The position numbers and the translations under genes are program-made. From a virus (taxonomy: Duplodnaviria > Caudoviricetes), in the IMG/VR virus record IMGVR_UViG_3300042691_038938: 64,000 nucleotides of DNA; one strand, 5' to 3'. The notes under the pieces were generated by a model. It made no database searches. It was given only the letters and a program-made list of their open reading frames with translations, and was not told the origin of the DNA. Of the stretch, positions 54,514 to 64,000 are shown piece by piece; the stretch's first letter is position 1; each line of letters starts with the position of its first letter.

Positions 54514-57500
54514 CTAGATGAATTTAATTTTTATCTTTGGACTGATTGACAATCCTTTTCCAGGTTTTTTACTGAAATTGAATTTTAACACCAATCTTTC
54601 TCTTTTATTTATTTGCAAAGCCTTTAGTAGATCGTAGCCTTGAGTAAAGCGTTGTTGATCATTTAAAAAGACAAACTCTATCGTATTTGGATTGGTCTGC
54701 GACTGTGTGATCGTTGACACTAGTGATGCGTTTTCCTTGAAGAAAAAAGCATTTTCATAGATCTCGTAAAGCTTAAGAATATTTGCATCGGTGTATGCTC
54801 TAACATAATCTTCGATAGAATTAAAGTTTCCGATATACTCGTTAGAGTTTATGAGGAATTCATTAAACTTAGCTGAGATTCCGTCCTCAATAAAGTATCG
54901 AGTTAAAGCGTTACTCACATTGATATAGCCTTCTACTTGTATTGGAGTCTCCTTCACCACCATCTCTACTTGATCAATGTCTATTGTTGAGAGATCTGCG
55001 TTCTCCGCTACATTTACTACTTGAAAGTTTTCAAGCTCAATGAATTCAGGTAGAGTTATTAACTTTGAGACAAATGATTCGTCCTCTTCTACTCTAAGAG
55101 CACCGGATACTGGAGAATACTGATTCTTATTTGAATATCTAAAATGGAACCCCCAATCCCAGTTTCCTCTAAGCAAGAAGTAATCAGCTTGGCCTATTGC
55201 TATCTCATTGATTCGTTGATATTTAGCGTCATATGTGTCATCTGATTCAAGTTCAAGTATCGCGTTATCTGCGACTTTAATGTGATTGAAATTATGCACA
55301 GTAAAGATAGAACTAATGTTTCCATTTAATTTAACATTTCCTAGTTCAAGATCAGCTATTTGATTTTTAGTGAAAGTGAAATTAGATTTAAAGGATATTG
55401 AGTTTCTAACGATCGGTTCATACTCTCCTTTATATCTATTTAAGATGTATGTACTAGGTAAAGTAGCCAATTCATAATCAAAACCTATTGAGTCTAATTG
55501 TGAAAACTGGACAGGTACTCTTTCTGTAGGAATAGAGATTACTTGATTGATCTTCTCAATTCCGCTCTGATCTAATATCTCAAGATAAAAATTAGGATTA
55601 CTTGACAATACTGGATTGCCTGTTGAATCCAATGAATAAGAATAGTATTCAATGAATGGATCTAGTGAATTTATGTATTGTTTAAATCGACCAAAGGATA
55701 TTTTTTCGAATAGTTTTTCAAAGTATTTTTCTCCACCAGAAACGATTCTAAAGATGTAATAACTATTGATTAGAGAAGTTGATCCAGTCGGCAAGACGTT
55801 GTAAGGACTTACGTAATCTGGCGGAACGTTAGATGGTGTGCTCAAGCCTAATGAAGTCGTAGAATCATAGATTAAAAACTGTTCAGCAGACCCTGCGATC
55901 GGGCTTAAGCTTTGAGGATTTATTCCTACAAATTCATCAATAAACAGATCGAAACCTGTCACAAGATCACGTATCGTTATAAACGTTGAAGTTGTGGGCA
56001 TGGACACGTCGTCAGTTAAGAATCCTGAATAGTTTGGCGTGTTATTATTTTTAAGTCTCTTTATTGTTCCGTCACCAGGAATACCGTTCGCTAACGAAAG
56101 CTTTGATCCCATTTTTATGGTAGAAAAGTTATTCAAGATGACGTTGTACTTCTTATTCTTTAAGGAATAGAGAAGAGTATGAGTCAAGTTAGATACTGAA
56201 TTTGAATCAAATGAAACTCGATAGTCTCCATTTATGCTTTCAAATGGAAGGACGGATCCTAACTCAGTAACATATGTTGGGTTTGAGTAGTTTTGGTTGT
56301 TCACAGTAGTTAAAGTCGGAACCGCTTGTACCTCTTTCCAATAATTCTCTATGTCTGCGATTTGACCTATTGCTATCTCAATCACGACAACGATGAATTT
56401 AAACTCCTGATGCTCTATCACTTTATATTTGATAGGGGGCTGAGTTTGATCTAATATGTTCTCTTTTACTGGTTTAAGTATGCAGCTAAACTTATAATCT
56501 TCAAACCTTGTCGTAGAATCTTTAGCTACTGGCTTACCGTCTGCCCCAAATACATTGGGATCAGTCACATCCTTTAGCGTTAATTTAAAGCCTTTAAAGA
56601 ATGCCTCGTACTGTCCAGCCCTATTCTTAAAGACGTTTGAGTAACGAATTTGAGTTTCACCTACCTCGTTTCCAGAGAAAGTTGGAGTATACGTAAAATA
56701 ATTTATGAAATAATCAGGATCAGACAAGAGTAGAGTCTCATCAAGAGGATTGTCAAAATAATTAGAATTTAATTTAATAGTCGACTCATCATTCGTATAG
56801 TTAAACTTACTCTCTATATAGAACCACTCATGAGTAAAGTTTACTGGATTCTGAGTCCTGTCCTCATGGTCAGGAGAAAAGTTGTTTCGACTAAAGATTA
56901 ACTCAGTATTTAATCGATAAGGATTGTCTCTAGAATCTTTACCGTTTTTGATTCCCCACTTAGTGATGTATGGAATGATCTTTGATCTAAGAGCAAAATC
57001 AAGACTCTCGTTCTCCTTGTAGTAATCGTATTCAGTTTGAGTAACCCCGTTAAGATATTTTAGCCTAAGCTTGTATTCTTCGCTATCGTTTTGAGGAACC
57101 ACTTTTTCAGGATCCTTAAGTAACGAGAATCCTGGGAAATTAATTAGCTCTTCGTTTTGATCATTGATTGGAGCTACTAGACTTGCACCAGCCGTTGTGA
57201 TGTCGCTAGAATATCTAACAAGAGGTGAACCACTAACTGTTTTGTATTTGGTGAGAATCGTAACAGTAAAGGAAGTGCCGTTTGTATAATTTGATATAGT
57301 TCCGTCATTTACTTGAATCTCACCACCAATAACAGTATATTCTATTCCAGGCTCAAGCAGATTAGCTCCTTCTGGAATAAAGTAGTAGTTGTATAAGTCG
57401 ATCTCTGGAAAATTAGTATAGAGGCTGCTATAAAAATCAAAGTCAATGTCCTTTATTGGAAAGAACGATAAGAATCCAAACGACGGTCTAAATTTAGGCC

Positions 57501-59727
57501 TCATCACGAATTCTTTGTAAGCAATCGTAGGGGACTCATTCTCCTCCAAGACCACGACAATCTTTTCAAGGTAAGAATTGATGGCATTCGTTCTAAGAGA
57601 CTTACTAAGCTGATTCTCCTCAGTGATTAGATCGATGTATGGAGAAACCTTTCTTATCTTTGACCAACTATCTGATGATTTCACCAAGATTGAATCAAAG
57701 GATTGATTTATTTTGTTTAAGTGTTGGGCATCAAAGATTAAACGATTTCCCTTCTCCTTTGATCCTCCAGAAAAATTAAATAGCTGTCCAGCAACCTGTG
57801 AACCTGTTATAAAGTCTATCTCCATCGCGGAGTAGTCGGCTGCTGATAATGAGACTTTATGTAGAAGATCAAAGTCACCAGCCGCATTTGCTTTAATGAA
57901 GACTCGATCTTCATATAGGTATGCAGTAAAGGTTCTATTTCGTATTAGATTAAGAGCGGAAGTCAATGCACTCGCGATCTCATTCTTCTCACCAGTCCCA
58001 TTGATATAGAAAACATCGTATCCTACTACTCCATCATAGTCGTTGAATCCATAATAATCTCCAGGATTGGGCACAAGTCCATAGTTGTTAGCTATGGTGA
58101 TCAAATCATGTTTACCGTTTGAGTCTACTCTAGTTCCGTTTGGGTGGTATATCCTAAACTCATCATAATTTGTGAGAGTTGAATTTATCTTGATCCCAAT
58201 GTGAGAATAGCCAGGAACCTTTGTTGACTCTCCTTGGTCCTGTAAGAAAAGAATCCTGCTTTGTCCAAAAAAGAGGCCAAGGTCTATTTTTTTATTAGAG
58301 AATCTAAATTGCCCAGTATTCAATTCTTTGACTGATGTGCTAGTAGAAGTCAACGGGTCCACTATGTTGAATGAACTAATATATGAAAACTGATCATCAT
58401 TCAACTTAACAACCAGGAATTCACCTGAATAGCCCGAGTCTGGACTAACAATAGTTATTAGATCGTCAGTCTCATACCCGTGAGAGGTTAGAGAGGCAGT
58501 AACCAGGTTACCTGATCTAATAAGCTCAGTTAATCTAGGCGAGGAATAGTCTGGAGTGTACGGATCTGTTAATTTAGGTAGATAAAGCTTACCGTCCTTA
58601 TCATTAATATAGGTCAAGTACATTGAATCAAGATCAGAGAATAAATCATTGAATTCTGAGATCTTAAGTTCCAAGTTCTTATATGGAATTATTACACCGT
58701 CTGGGTTTTCTTGATAGACAGATACCTCATCTGTCTCAAGATAAGTCTTACGAAGCCTAGGAGTATTTTCCCAAGTAAGACGAGTATCGTAACCTCTCTT
58801 TAAGTCAATGTCCAGCTTTGATAGCTCAATGGTATTGACGTAAAATCCTACGTATCTATTGAAATCATATTTTTCAGAAGAATCATCATTAAAGACGAAT
58901 TCAAGGTTTAGGATGTTCGGAAAGATCACGCCGGTCCTAGAATAGCCATTCGTTATGTTTTCTTCAAAGAATTTTAGAGGAGATGATGTCCTATAAAAAT
59001 CATAGAGTAATTCTCCCTTAGATCCAAATGATCCCTCGTTTATTATTATTCCGTTCCACGTAGTAAAATCGTCTTGACCAAATGCCACACTGAGCGGGCT
59101 TGTAGGAAAATTGATGTCAGTTACGTAATCTCTAATATATTTCCCAGCCTTAGTTTCAGGACGTAAATCAAAGGTTTTAATTATCGTTGACTTCTTGAAT
59201 AGGTCCAGCATGTATTCTCCATTGCTCTGACCTGATTCATAATTCTGACGGATATCATCAAGAGGAAAGTTCGCAGGATCGTTTATCTTTAAGATCACGA
59301 AAAAATTAGGTATCTTATCCCTAAGATATAAGGGAGCTAGATATGAAAGCCTCTCAGTATATTTCTTAGATGCAAGATATTTTGCTCCACTAAAATAGTG
59401 AGAAAAATCAAATTGGTCCTTGAAATTCTTTGAAGTTTTTGTCGTGTCTACGTTTTCAGAAAGATCAAAGATTATTTCGTTAGGCGTAGTTCCTCCCTTG
59501 AAGAAACGAAAGATGTTTAATGGGTGAGAGATGTTAGAATCAATAGGAAACTTTGAATATGAATCCTTTGATAGCTCTTGATTTGCTTTTATTGATTCTA
59601 ACCATAATTCACCAGCCTCGTCTATCGCTATCTTTATGTTTCCTGTTAATTTTGGATTAGTCCTAACTAATCCAAAGCTAGAGTCATCAGTTAAAAGCTT
59701 AGTATAGAGTAAATTGCGATCTCTCAT
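54514..59727 (-). CDS. very large baseplate or tail structural protein
   Basis: 1737 aa, beta-rich, in the structural block; no recognisable enzyme motif. Confidence 0.65.
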   Translation of the reverse strand: MRDRNLLYTKLLTDDSSFGLVRTNPKLTGNIKIAIDEAGELWLESIKANQELSKDSYSKFPIDSNISHPLNIFRFFKGGTTPNEIIFDLSENVDTTKTSKNFKDQFDFSHYFSGAKYLASKKYTERLSYLAPLYLRDKIPNFFVILKINDPANFPLDDIRQNYESGQSNGEYMLDLFKKSTIIKTFDLRPETKAGKYIRDYVTDINFPTSPLSVAFGQDDFTTWNGIIINEGSFGSKGELLYDFYRTSSPLKFFEENITNGYSRTGVIFPNILNLEFVFNDDSSEKYDFNRYVGFYVNTIELSKLDIDLKRGYDTRLTWENTPRLRKTYLETDEVSVYQENPDGVIIPYKNLELKISEFNDLFSDLDSMYLTYINDKDGKLYLPKLTDPYTPDYSSPRLTELIRSGNLVTASLTSHGYETDDLITIVSPDSGYSGEFLVVKLNDDQFSYISSFNIVDPLTSTSTSVKELNTGQFRFSNKKIDLGLFFGQSRILFLQDQGESTKVPGYSHIGIKINSTLTNYDEFRIYHPNGTRVDSNGKHDLITIANNYGLVPNPGDYYGFNDYDGVVGYDVFYINGTGEKNEIASALTSALNLIRNRTFTAYLYEDRVFIKANAAGDFDLLHKVSLSAADYSAMEIDFITGSQVAGQLFNFSGGSKEKGNRLIFDAQHLNKINQSFDSILVKSSDSWSKIRKVSPYIDLITEENQLSKSLRTNAINSYLEKIVVVLEENESPTIAYKEFVMRPKFRPSFGFLSFFPIKDIDFDFYSSLYTNFPEIDLYNYYFIPEGANLLEPGIEYTVIGGEIQVNDGTISNYTNGTSFTVTILTKYKTVSGSPLVRYSSDITTAGASLVAPINDQNEELINFPGFSLLKDPEKVVPQNDSEEYKLRLKYLNGVTQTEYDYYKENESLDFALRSKIIPYITKWGIKNGKDSRDNPYRLNTELIFSRNNFSPDHEDRTQNPVNFTHEWFYIESKFNYTNDESTIKLNSNYFDNPLDETLLLSDPDYFINYFTYTPTFSGNEVGETQIRYSNVFKNRAGQYEAFFKGFKLTLKDVTDPNVFGADGKPVAKDSTTRFEDYKFSCILKPVKENILDQTQPPIKYKVIEHQEFKFIVVVIEIAIGQIADIENYWKEVQAVPTLTTVNNQNYSNPTYVTELGSVLPFESINGDYRVSFDSNSVSNLTHTLLYSLKNKKYNVILNNFSTIKMGSKLSLANGIPGDGTIKRLKNNNTPNYSGFLTDDVSMPTTSTFITIRDLVTGFDLFIDEFVGINPQSLSPIAGSAEQFLIYDSTTSLGLSTPSNVPPDYVSPYNVLPTGSTSLINSYYIFRIVSGGEKYFEKLFEKISFGRFKQYINSLDPFIEYYSYSLDSTGNPVLSSNPNFYLEILDQSGIEKINQVISIPTERVPVQFSQLDSIGFDYELATLPSTYILNRYKGEYEPIVRNSISFKSNFTFTKNQIADLELGNVKLNGNISSIFTVHNFNHIKVADNAILELESDDTYDAKYQRINEIAIGQADYFLLRGNWDWGFHFRYSNKNQYSPVSGALRVEEDESFVSKLITLPEFIELENFQVVNVAENADLSTIDIDQVEMVVKETPIQVEGYINVSNALTRYFIEDGISAKFNEFLINSNEYIGNFNSIEDYVRAYTDANILKLYEIYENAFFFKENASLVSTITQSQTNPNTIEFVFLNDQQRFTQGYDLLKALQINKRERLVLKFNFSKKPGKGLSISPKIKIKFI

Positions 59728-59745
59728 GAATCATGTAAATTTTTA

Positions 59746-62700
59746 TTAGAAGCTAGATCGAACTCCTCTACTTTGAACTAATGGCGAGTCTAATGATGTC
59801 TCTTTGATGTATTGAGCATCCACCTTAAGGTCAAAGGAAAAAGGAGACTCATCTTTAATGATGATGTCGATTCCAATCTTCTTAGAATATTTTATATTAG
59901 TTAAAGTAGATGTGGTTCTATATCCACCAACATATCCTAACTTGTCCGACGCTCTAAACTGAAAGAGCACAGGAATGTTTATTGAGTTTTCTTCGCCAAA
60001 CTTGATGATTTTACTTGATCTTGCTGGAAAATTACCCTCAACTGATACTGATTCATAGTTTGTAGGATACATGTAAAGATATGCTCCACATGTATACTTT
60101 CCTACCAAGTACTTATCATTGTTTTTAAATCCTAGTTTGATTGGATAATGAGAATCGTCTTTATCTGTTACGTTATTTGTAGGAATGACTGGTGTTGTTC
60201 TACTTGCTTGCTTGTAATATTCTACACCAAAGGCATTTGTATTCTCTGAAGTAGAGGTCTCAAAGTGTAGTGCATGAGAAAAAGGTAAGTATTCCTGGTT
60301 AGCGGTTAATGGAATTGCTAAACTCGATCCAAAATCAGGTCTAAACACTTCTGCAATATTACCTATCGCAAAAGAGGGTCCACACAATGTTGGAATCTCA
60401 GGATGATCTTTACTTACGCAAAACTCAGTAAGATATCCACCGCCGTTTGCTGTGACCGGAATCGCACTAGTCGTTCCATTCCAAATTCTAGAGTCAGTAG
60501 ATGTTCCTGTTACACCAGAATATTGTGGATTGAATGGAAGGTAGTGTCCCCAGTTAACCGGCACAAAGTTAGTAGTGTTAACTGTTTGTCCCTGATAAGT
60601 ATAGGCAGCTGTAAAATAAGTACCAAAACCAGTCGAAGGATCGCCTGGAGAATATACTTCTTCAGAAAGTCCATAGTCTCTTACTCTTGAATGAATAAAC
60701 TGACTCATTACCTGACCTGATTGAGCGCCTGCTCTCTGCTTAAAGTTTCCTAGTTGAGGAGTCGGATTTGAGTTTACTCCGATAGGAACGATATCGTATC
60801 TTCTATTGACATGATAGTCATTGTCTGGGTTACCGCTTGGGTTAGACGTAGTCGAAAGTTGGCCTATTCCTCCAAAGAGAAGAGAAACTAGTTCTAAGTT
60901 AGTAGCAGAAGTGTTTTGTATTGAAACTGCGTACTGTTTAGTAATTATATCTCCCTCATTGTAAATCACAGTCCCACCGGTCGTGTCCTTAATTAAGTCT
61001 TTATAGAATCCTCCAAATAGAGATATTGTATCTCCATTAGAAACGTCTAAGGAGTTTCCTTCAGAATCTATCACCCGAACCTTTATTGCTCCACGATCAG
61101 TAGTGATAGACTGTTGAATTCCATCCAGCGTTGCCTGTAGAGACTTTAGCTTTTGATATAGATCAACGACATTTCCTTCACTTGTGAAAAAGCCGCTTGA
61201 TATGTCTTCTGCAATGTGAGAATAAAACTTATCTCCCTGAGTAAATTGATTTGCAGTATGAATATCAAGACCCTTAGAATTCAAATTATTTTCAAAGTCT
61301 ATCCTAACCTTTTCAGCAAAAGCTTTTTGTGAGACTAACGTAGCCTCTTCTTCAGATTGAATTGAAGCTGGAAACTGTATTTGAACTGAATTTGACCATA
61401 CTGATTCCACTGGATTAGTCGGCCATCCTGCCTCAGAAAGAGACTTTACTTGGATCTCAACTATCTCTCCTTTACGAATAGGTATGCTTAACTGATTTGT
61501 GTTTACTGCGTCTGCGTCATTTAAGATCTCATCTACCCAAACATATAAACCTGTTTCAGGATCCAACTCTTTTACTCGAGGTCTAGTAAGTTCCTCTGTC
61601 CATGGAGAAAAAGTAGCAGTCTTGGTAGCTCCATCGCTATCAATGAATGGCTGCTGAGTAGCATTAGGTTGAGTGCCGCTTAGACTTAAGTAACGATATC
61701 TATACTTGAATTGAACGACTTGTTGAGGTCCATACTTTGTGACCTTTGCGTCTGGAATCTGCCAAAATCCTCGAACTCTATATTTTTTCTTTACGATAAA
61801 TTGAGGAGTCGTTGAAAGTTGTAAACTAATATTATTAACTAGTGTAGAAAGAGCGGTGACTTTTTCATTCCTAGAATTTAGTGACTGAGTTAACTGTTTT
61901 TGTAAACGCTTGGCTTCCTTGTCAGTTTTAGCAACTGTTGTGATGGTTGATTTAATTGAATCAATTTTCTTATTTAATTCATCAACTTCTTGCTGTAAAG
62001 CCGCTTTTTCTTTTATGTTGTTATTTAACTCTGTGACGTTTTTATCATCTTGAATGTGAGCATCTACCTGTATTACTGAGAAATTACTCTCAAATAAGTT
62101 TGGAGAAGAAGGAATCTCACCAATGATCGTAGGAACAGTTTTTTCCTTAGCTAAGTTCAATAGAATCAGTCCAAAGTCAGAAACAAAATTATTGTAATAG
62201 TCCTCTAAAGTAGATGAGCTATTGTCTACTAACGGAATTGTAAGCTCGTTTGTGTATACTCCAAAACCTTTTGAAAAGCCATCAATCGTTAAGTTCTTTG
62301 CTTTACTTACTGGCTTTACAAATATCACCTCACGTTCGTTGAATCCAACGTTTACTGGAAGCTCAGGAACCCTATATGGAGAAGGTTTTACTCGTAAAAT
62401 GCTTGCACCTATCGTGATCGCGTCTGTTCCAAAGATCTTTTCAAGAACGACTTCAGTATCAGTAGTGCTGATTGATGCGACTCTATATTCAGAATCACCA
62501 GTGGTGATTAGTACATCACCAATTGATAGAAACTTTGTGTTTTGTACTCCAGCGACGATATCAGTATAGTTTAGAGTACTAAGCTTATATCTTCTTCTTA
62601 CTGTAGAAACAGTCTGTCCACTAGTAAGAGTCTGATTTCCCTCTTCCTCAAGTATCTTTATCACATCGAATGATCCTTGATATCTATTGACTGCTACCGC

Positions 62701-63324
62701 TAGGTCAACAACAGTATCATCCTCAAAATAATCGATTGCATTTTCATCTAAATCTAGCTTTAACGCATCGACATTGATGTTGTTACTTCCTTTGTAATTA
62801 GTATCAAAGAAAGCAGCTGCATCATCATCATTTGCTGCGTTGATTATGATTCTTTTGACTACGAATTGATCGATATCATCAGTTAAGATTGAAGTGATAT
62901 CTACATTCACATAGAGAAGAGGATTCAGGAAAGATTCAAAGAACCAGTTGTTCTTTACTTTAAATGAGTTAGGAACGGTGAACGTTGAATTTTGAACCTG
63001 CTCTAGGTCTTGTATCAGCTGTGAAGTCTTTTTTAATTCAAACTTACGAACGTCTCCGTTTGAAGACTTGATACCGATCACATCACTGTTTGCTGAGATT
63101 AAGACATCAAACTTAGAGTTAATGTCTTCGATCTTTCCTTTTAGGTAGCCAAATGATGGAACAGTTATATTCACAGCACTGCCGTCTGACTTAGTTTGAG
63201 AGACCGTTACGTTTTCTGATTGTGACTCAAGGATGTTCTGTAAGCTATACAAGAATGAGTTCATGTTGTCGATGTCAACAACAAGTCTCTGTAAAACGTC
63301 AGATAGAGTATGTTTAGTATCCAT
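59746..63324 (-). CDS. large baseplate or tail structural protein with coiled coil and Fn3-like segment
   Basis: 1192 aa; heptad region; EIQVKSLSEAGWP...SVWS Fn3-like motif. Confidence 0.65.
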   Translation of the reverse strand: MDTKHTLSDVLQRLVVDIDNMNSFLYSLQNILESQSENVTVSQTKSDGSAVNITVPSFGYLKGKIEDINSKFDVLISANSDVIGIKSSNGDVRKFELKKTSQLIQDLEQVQNSTFTVPNSFKVKNNWFFESFLNPLLYVNVDITSILTDDIDQFVVKRIIINAANDDDAAAFFDTNYKGSNNINVDALKLDLDENAIDYFEDDTVVDLAVAVNRYQGSFDVIKILEEEGNQTLTSGQTVSTVRRRYKLSTLNYTDIVAGVQNTKFLSIGDVLITTGDSEYRVASISTTDTEVVLEKIFGTDAITIGASILRVKPSPYRVPELPVNVGFNEREVIFVKPVSKAKNLTIDGFSKGFGVYTNELTIPLVDNSSSTLEDYYNNFVSDFGLILLNLAKEKTVPTIIGEIPSSPNLFESNFSVIQVDAHIQDDKNVTELNNNIKEKAALQQEVDELNKKIDSIKSTITTVAKTDKEAKRLQKQLTQSLNSRNEKVTALSTLVNNISLQLSTTPQFIVKKKYRVRGFWQIPDAKVTKYGPQQVVQFKYRYRYLSLSGTQPNATQQPFIDSDGATKTATFSPWTEELTRPRVKELDPETGLYVWVDEILNDADAVNTNQLSIPIRKGEIVEIQVKSLSEAGWPTNPVESVWSNSVQIQFPASIQSEEEATLVSQKAFAEKVRIDFENNLNSKGLDIHTANQFTQGDKFYSHIAEDISSGFFTSEGNVVDLYQKLKSLQATLDGIQQSITTDRGAIKVRVIDSEGNSLDVSNGDTISLFGGFYKDLIKDTTGGTVIYNEGDIITKQYAVSIQNTSATNLELVSLLFGGIGQLSTTSNPSGNPDNDYHVNRRYDIVPIGVNSNPTPQLGNFKQRAGAQSGQVMSQFIHSRVRDYGLSEEVYSPGDPSTGFGTYFTAAYTYQGQTVNTTNFVPVNWGHYLPFNPQYSGVTGTSTDSRIWNGTTSAIPVTANGGGYLTEFCVSKDHPEIPTLCGPSFAIGNIAEVFRPDFGSSLAIPLTANQEYLPFSHALHFETSTSENTNAFGVEYYKQASRTTPVIPTNNVTDKDDSHYPIKLGFKNNDKYLVGKYTCGAYLYMYPTNYESVSVEGNFPARSSKIIKFGEENSINIPVLFQFRASDKLGYVGGYRTTSTLTNIKYSKKIGIDIIIKDESPFSFDLKVDAQYIKETSLDSPLVQSRGVRSSF

Positions 63325-63332
63325 TTATCTTC

Positions 63333-64000
63333 TTATCTTATTTTGTCCACTCTAAAGGTGAATAGTGTGCTGTCCAAACAGATTATGTCAAAAATAGGGG
63401 CATTTTGAGAAGGGGTGAAATCAAGATCAGTAAGGACTGATATTAGGACACCATATTCTCCGTTATTGCTCCTATTTAGAGCATCTGTGTATATCTTAAC
63501 GTCATAGACGCTAGGTTCTAATTGATCTTCAAAGACTAGTCTTAATATCTGACCTTTTCTCCATTCAAACTTAGTATCGTCTATGAATATCTGAAGATCT
63601 CTTGAAAGAACTATCGGCGTTCCTGAGTTCTGATGAACATAATAGTTCGTGAAAGTAGATAACTCAAGAACATTGTTTGTGAACACGTTTCTCAATGAGG
63701 TATCAGATATGTTATAGTATTGTGTCGAATTGATTATTCTAGCAATATTTGGAGTTCGACGGTCGACTGATATGCCCAATCCTGGTCGAATTGCATCTAG
63801 ATCATATGACACAGTAACATTAGTGTCTCCATTTAAGATAGAATCAAGCTTAGTATTAGTATTGTCTATCATGTTCATGATCACACCAGTGTTATCAAAT
63901 ATCGCTTGATTTTCGATTAATGAAGTCTCCAAATCAGTTATCCTAGCTGAAAGTTCAGCTGAATTAGTATCATTGAGCATGAGATCTTTAAGATTATTGA
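63333..64000 (-). CDS. structural protein, 5' part outside the window
   Basis: The frame stays open from 63980 to the window end (..NNLKDLMLND..). Confidence 0.65.
   Translation of the reverse strand, partial: NNLKDLMLNDTNSAELSARITDLETSLIENQAIFDNTGVIMNMIDNTNTKLDSILNGDTNVTVSYDLDAIRPGLGISVDRRTPNIARIINSTQYYNISDTSLRNVFTNNVLELSTFTNYYVHQNSGTPIVLSRDLQIFIDDTKFEWRKGQILRLVFEDQLEPSVYDVKIYTDALNRSNNGEYGVLISVLTDLDFTPSQNAPIFDIICLDSTLFTFRVDKIR

Noticed and set aside
36-62569. Short antisense or out-of-frame ORFs in the track (e.g. 12494..12928, 17239..17634, 36405..36875, 62222..62569)
   Set aside because: All lie within longer, motif-bearing genes and show no recognisable features of their own.
1-64000. 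Stop-codon reassignment, as in some jumbo phages
   Set aside because: Genes tile the window in the standard code, and TAA, TAG and TGA all end genes at coupled junctions.
1-64000. tRNA, rRNA or other structured RNA genes
   Set aside because: Intergenic gaps are at most about 115 nt and are explained by promoter or terminator motifs; I saw no cloverleaf. tRNAscan-SE or Infernal would be needed to exclude them formally.

Overview
This 64 kb window is a gene-dense, AT-rich segment of a large T4-like (myovirus, probably jumbo) phage, read with the standard code and mostly on the minus strand. The host is most likely Bacteroidota: there is a bS21 gene, a DUF4494-like gene, a Q-rule signal peptide with a T9SS-type C-terminal domain, xxSC lipoboxes and A-rich leaders without Shine-Dalgarno sites. 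Core genes include an ATP-dependent DNA ligase, terminase large and small subunits, gp6-, gp14-, gp15- and gp26-like structural genes, an ECF-like sigma factor and several fibre genes. The main accessory signals are: (1) a coupled operon of a FkbM methyltransferase, an MBD4-like glycosylase and a T4 beta-glucosyltransferase-like gene, a candidate DNA hypermodification and repair system; (2) a six-gene cluster of APS kinase, DUF2061, an HxGH nucleotidyltransferase, GT9-like and GT25 glycosyltransferases and a sulfotransferase, converging on three Cys-rich 15-residue-repeat fibre genes, a candidate sulfated-glycan system with a non-canonical ATP sulfurylase; (3) a recurring motif like the T4 capsid-targeting sequence on about 11 unrelated proteins, three of them at the C-terminus; (4) two apparently dead ligase-fold proteins; (5) a 38-aa lipoprotein missing from the ORF track. 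All family assignments come from motif recognition by eye; no database search was run.
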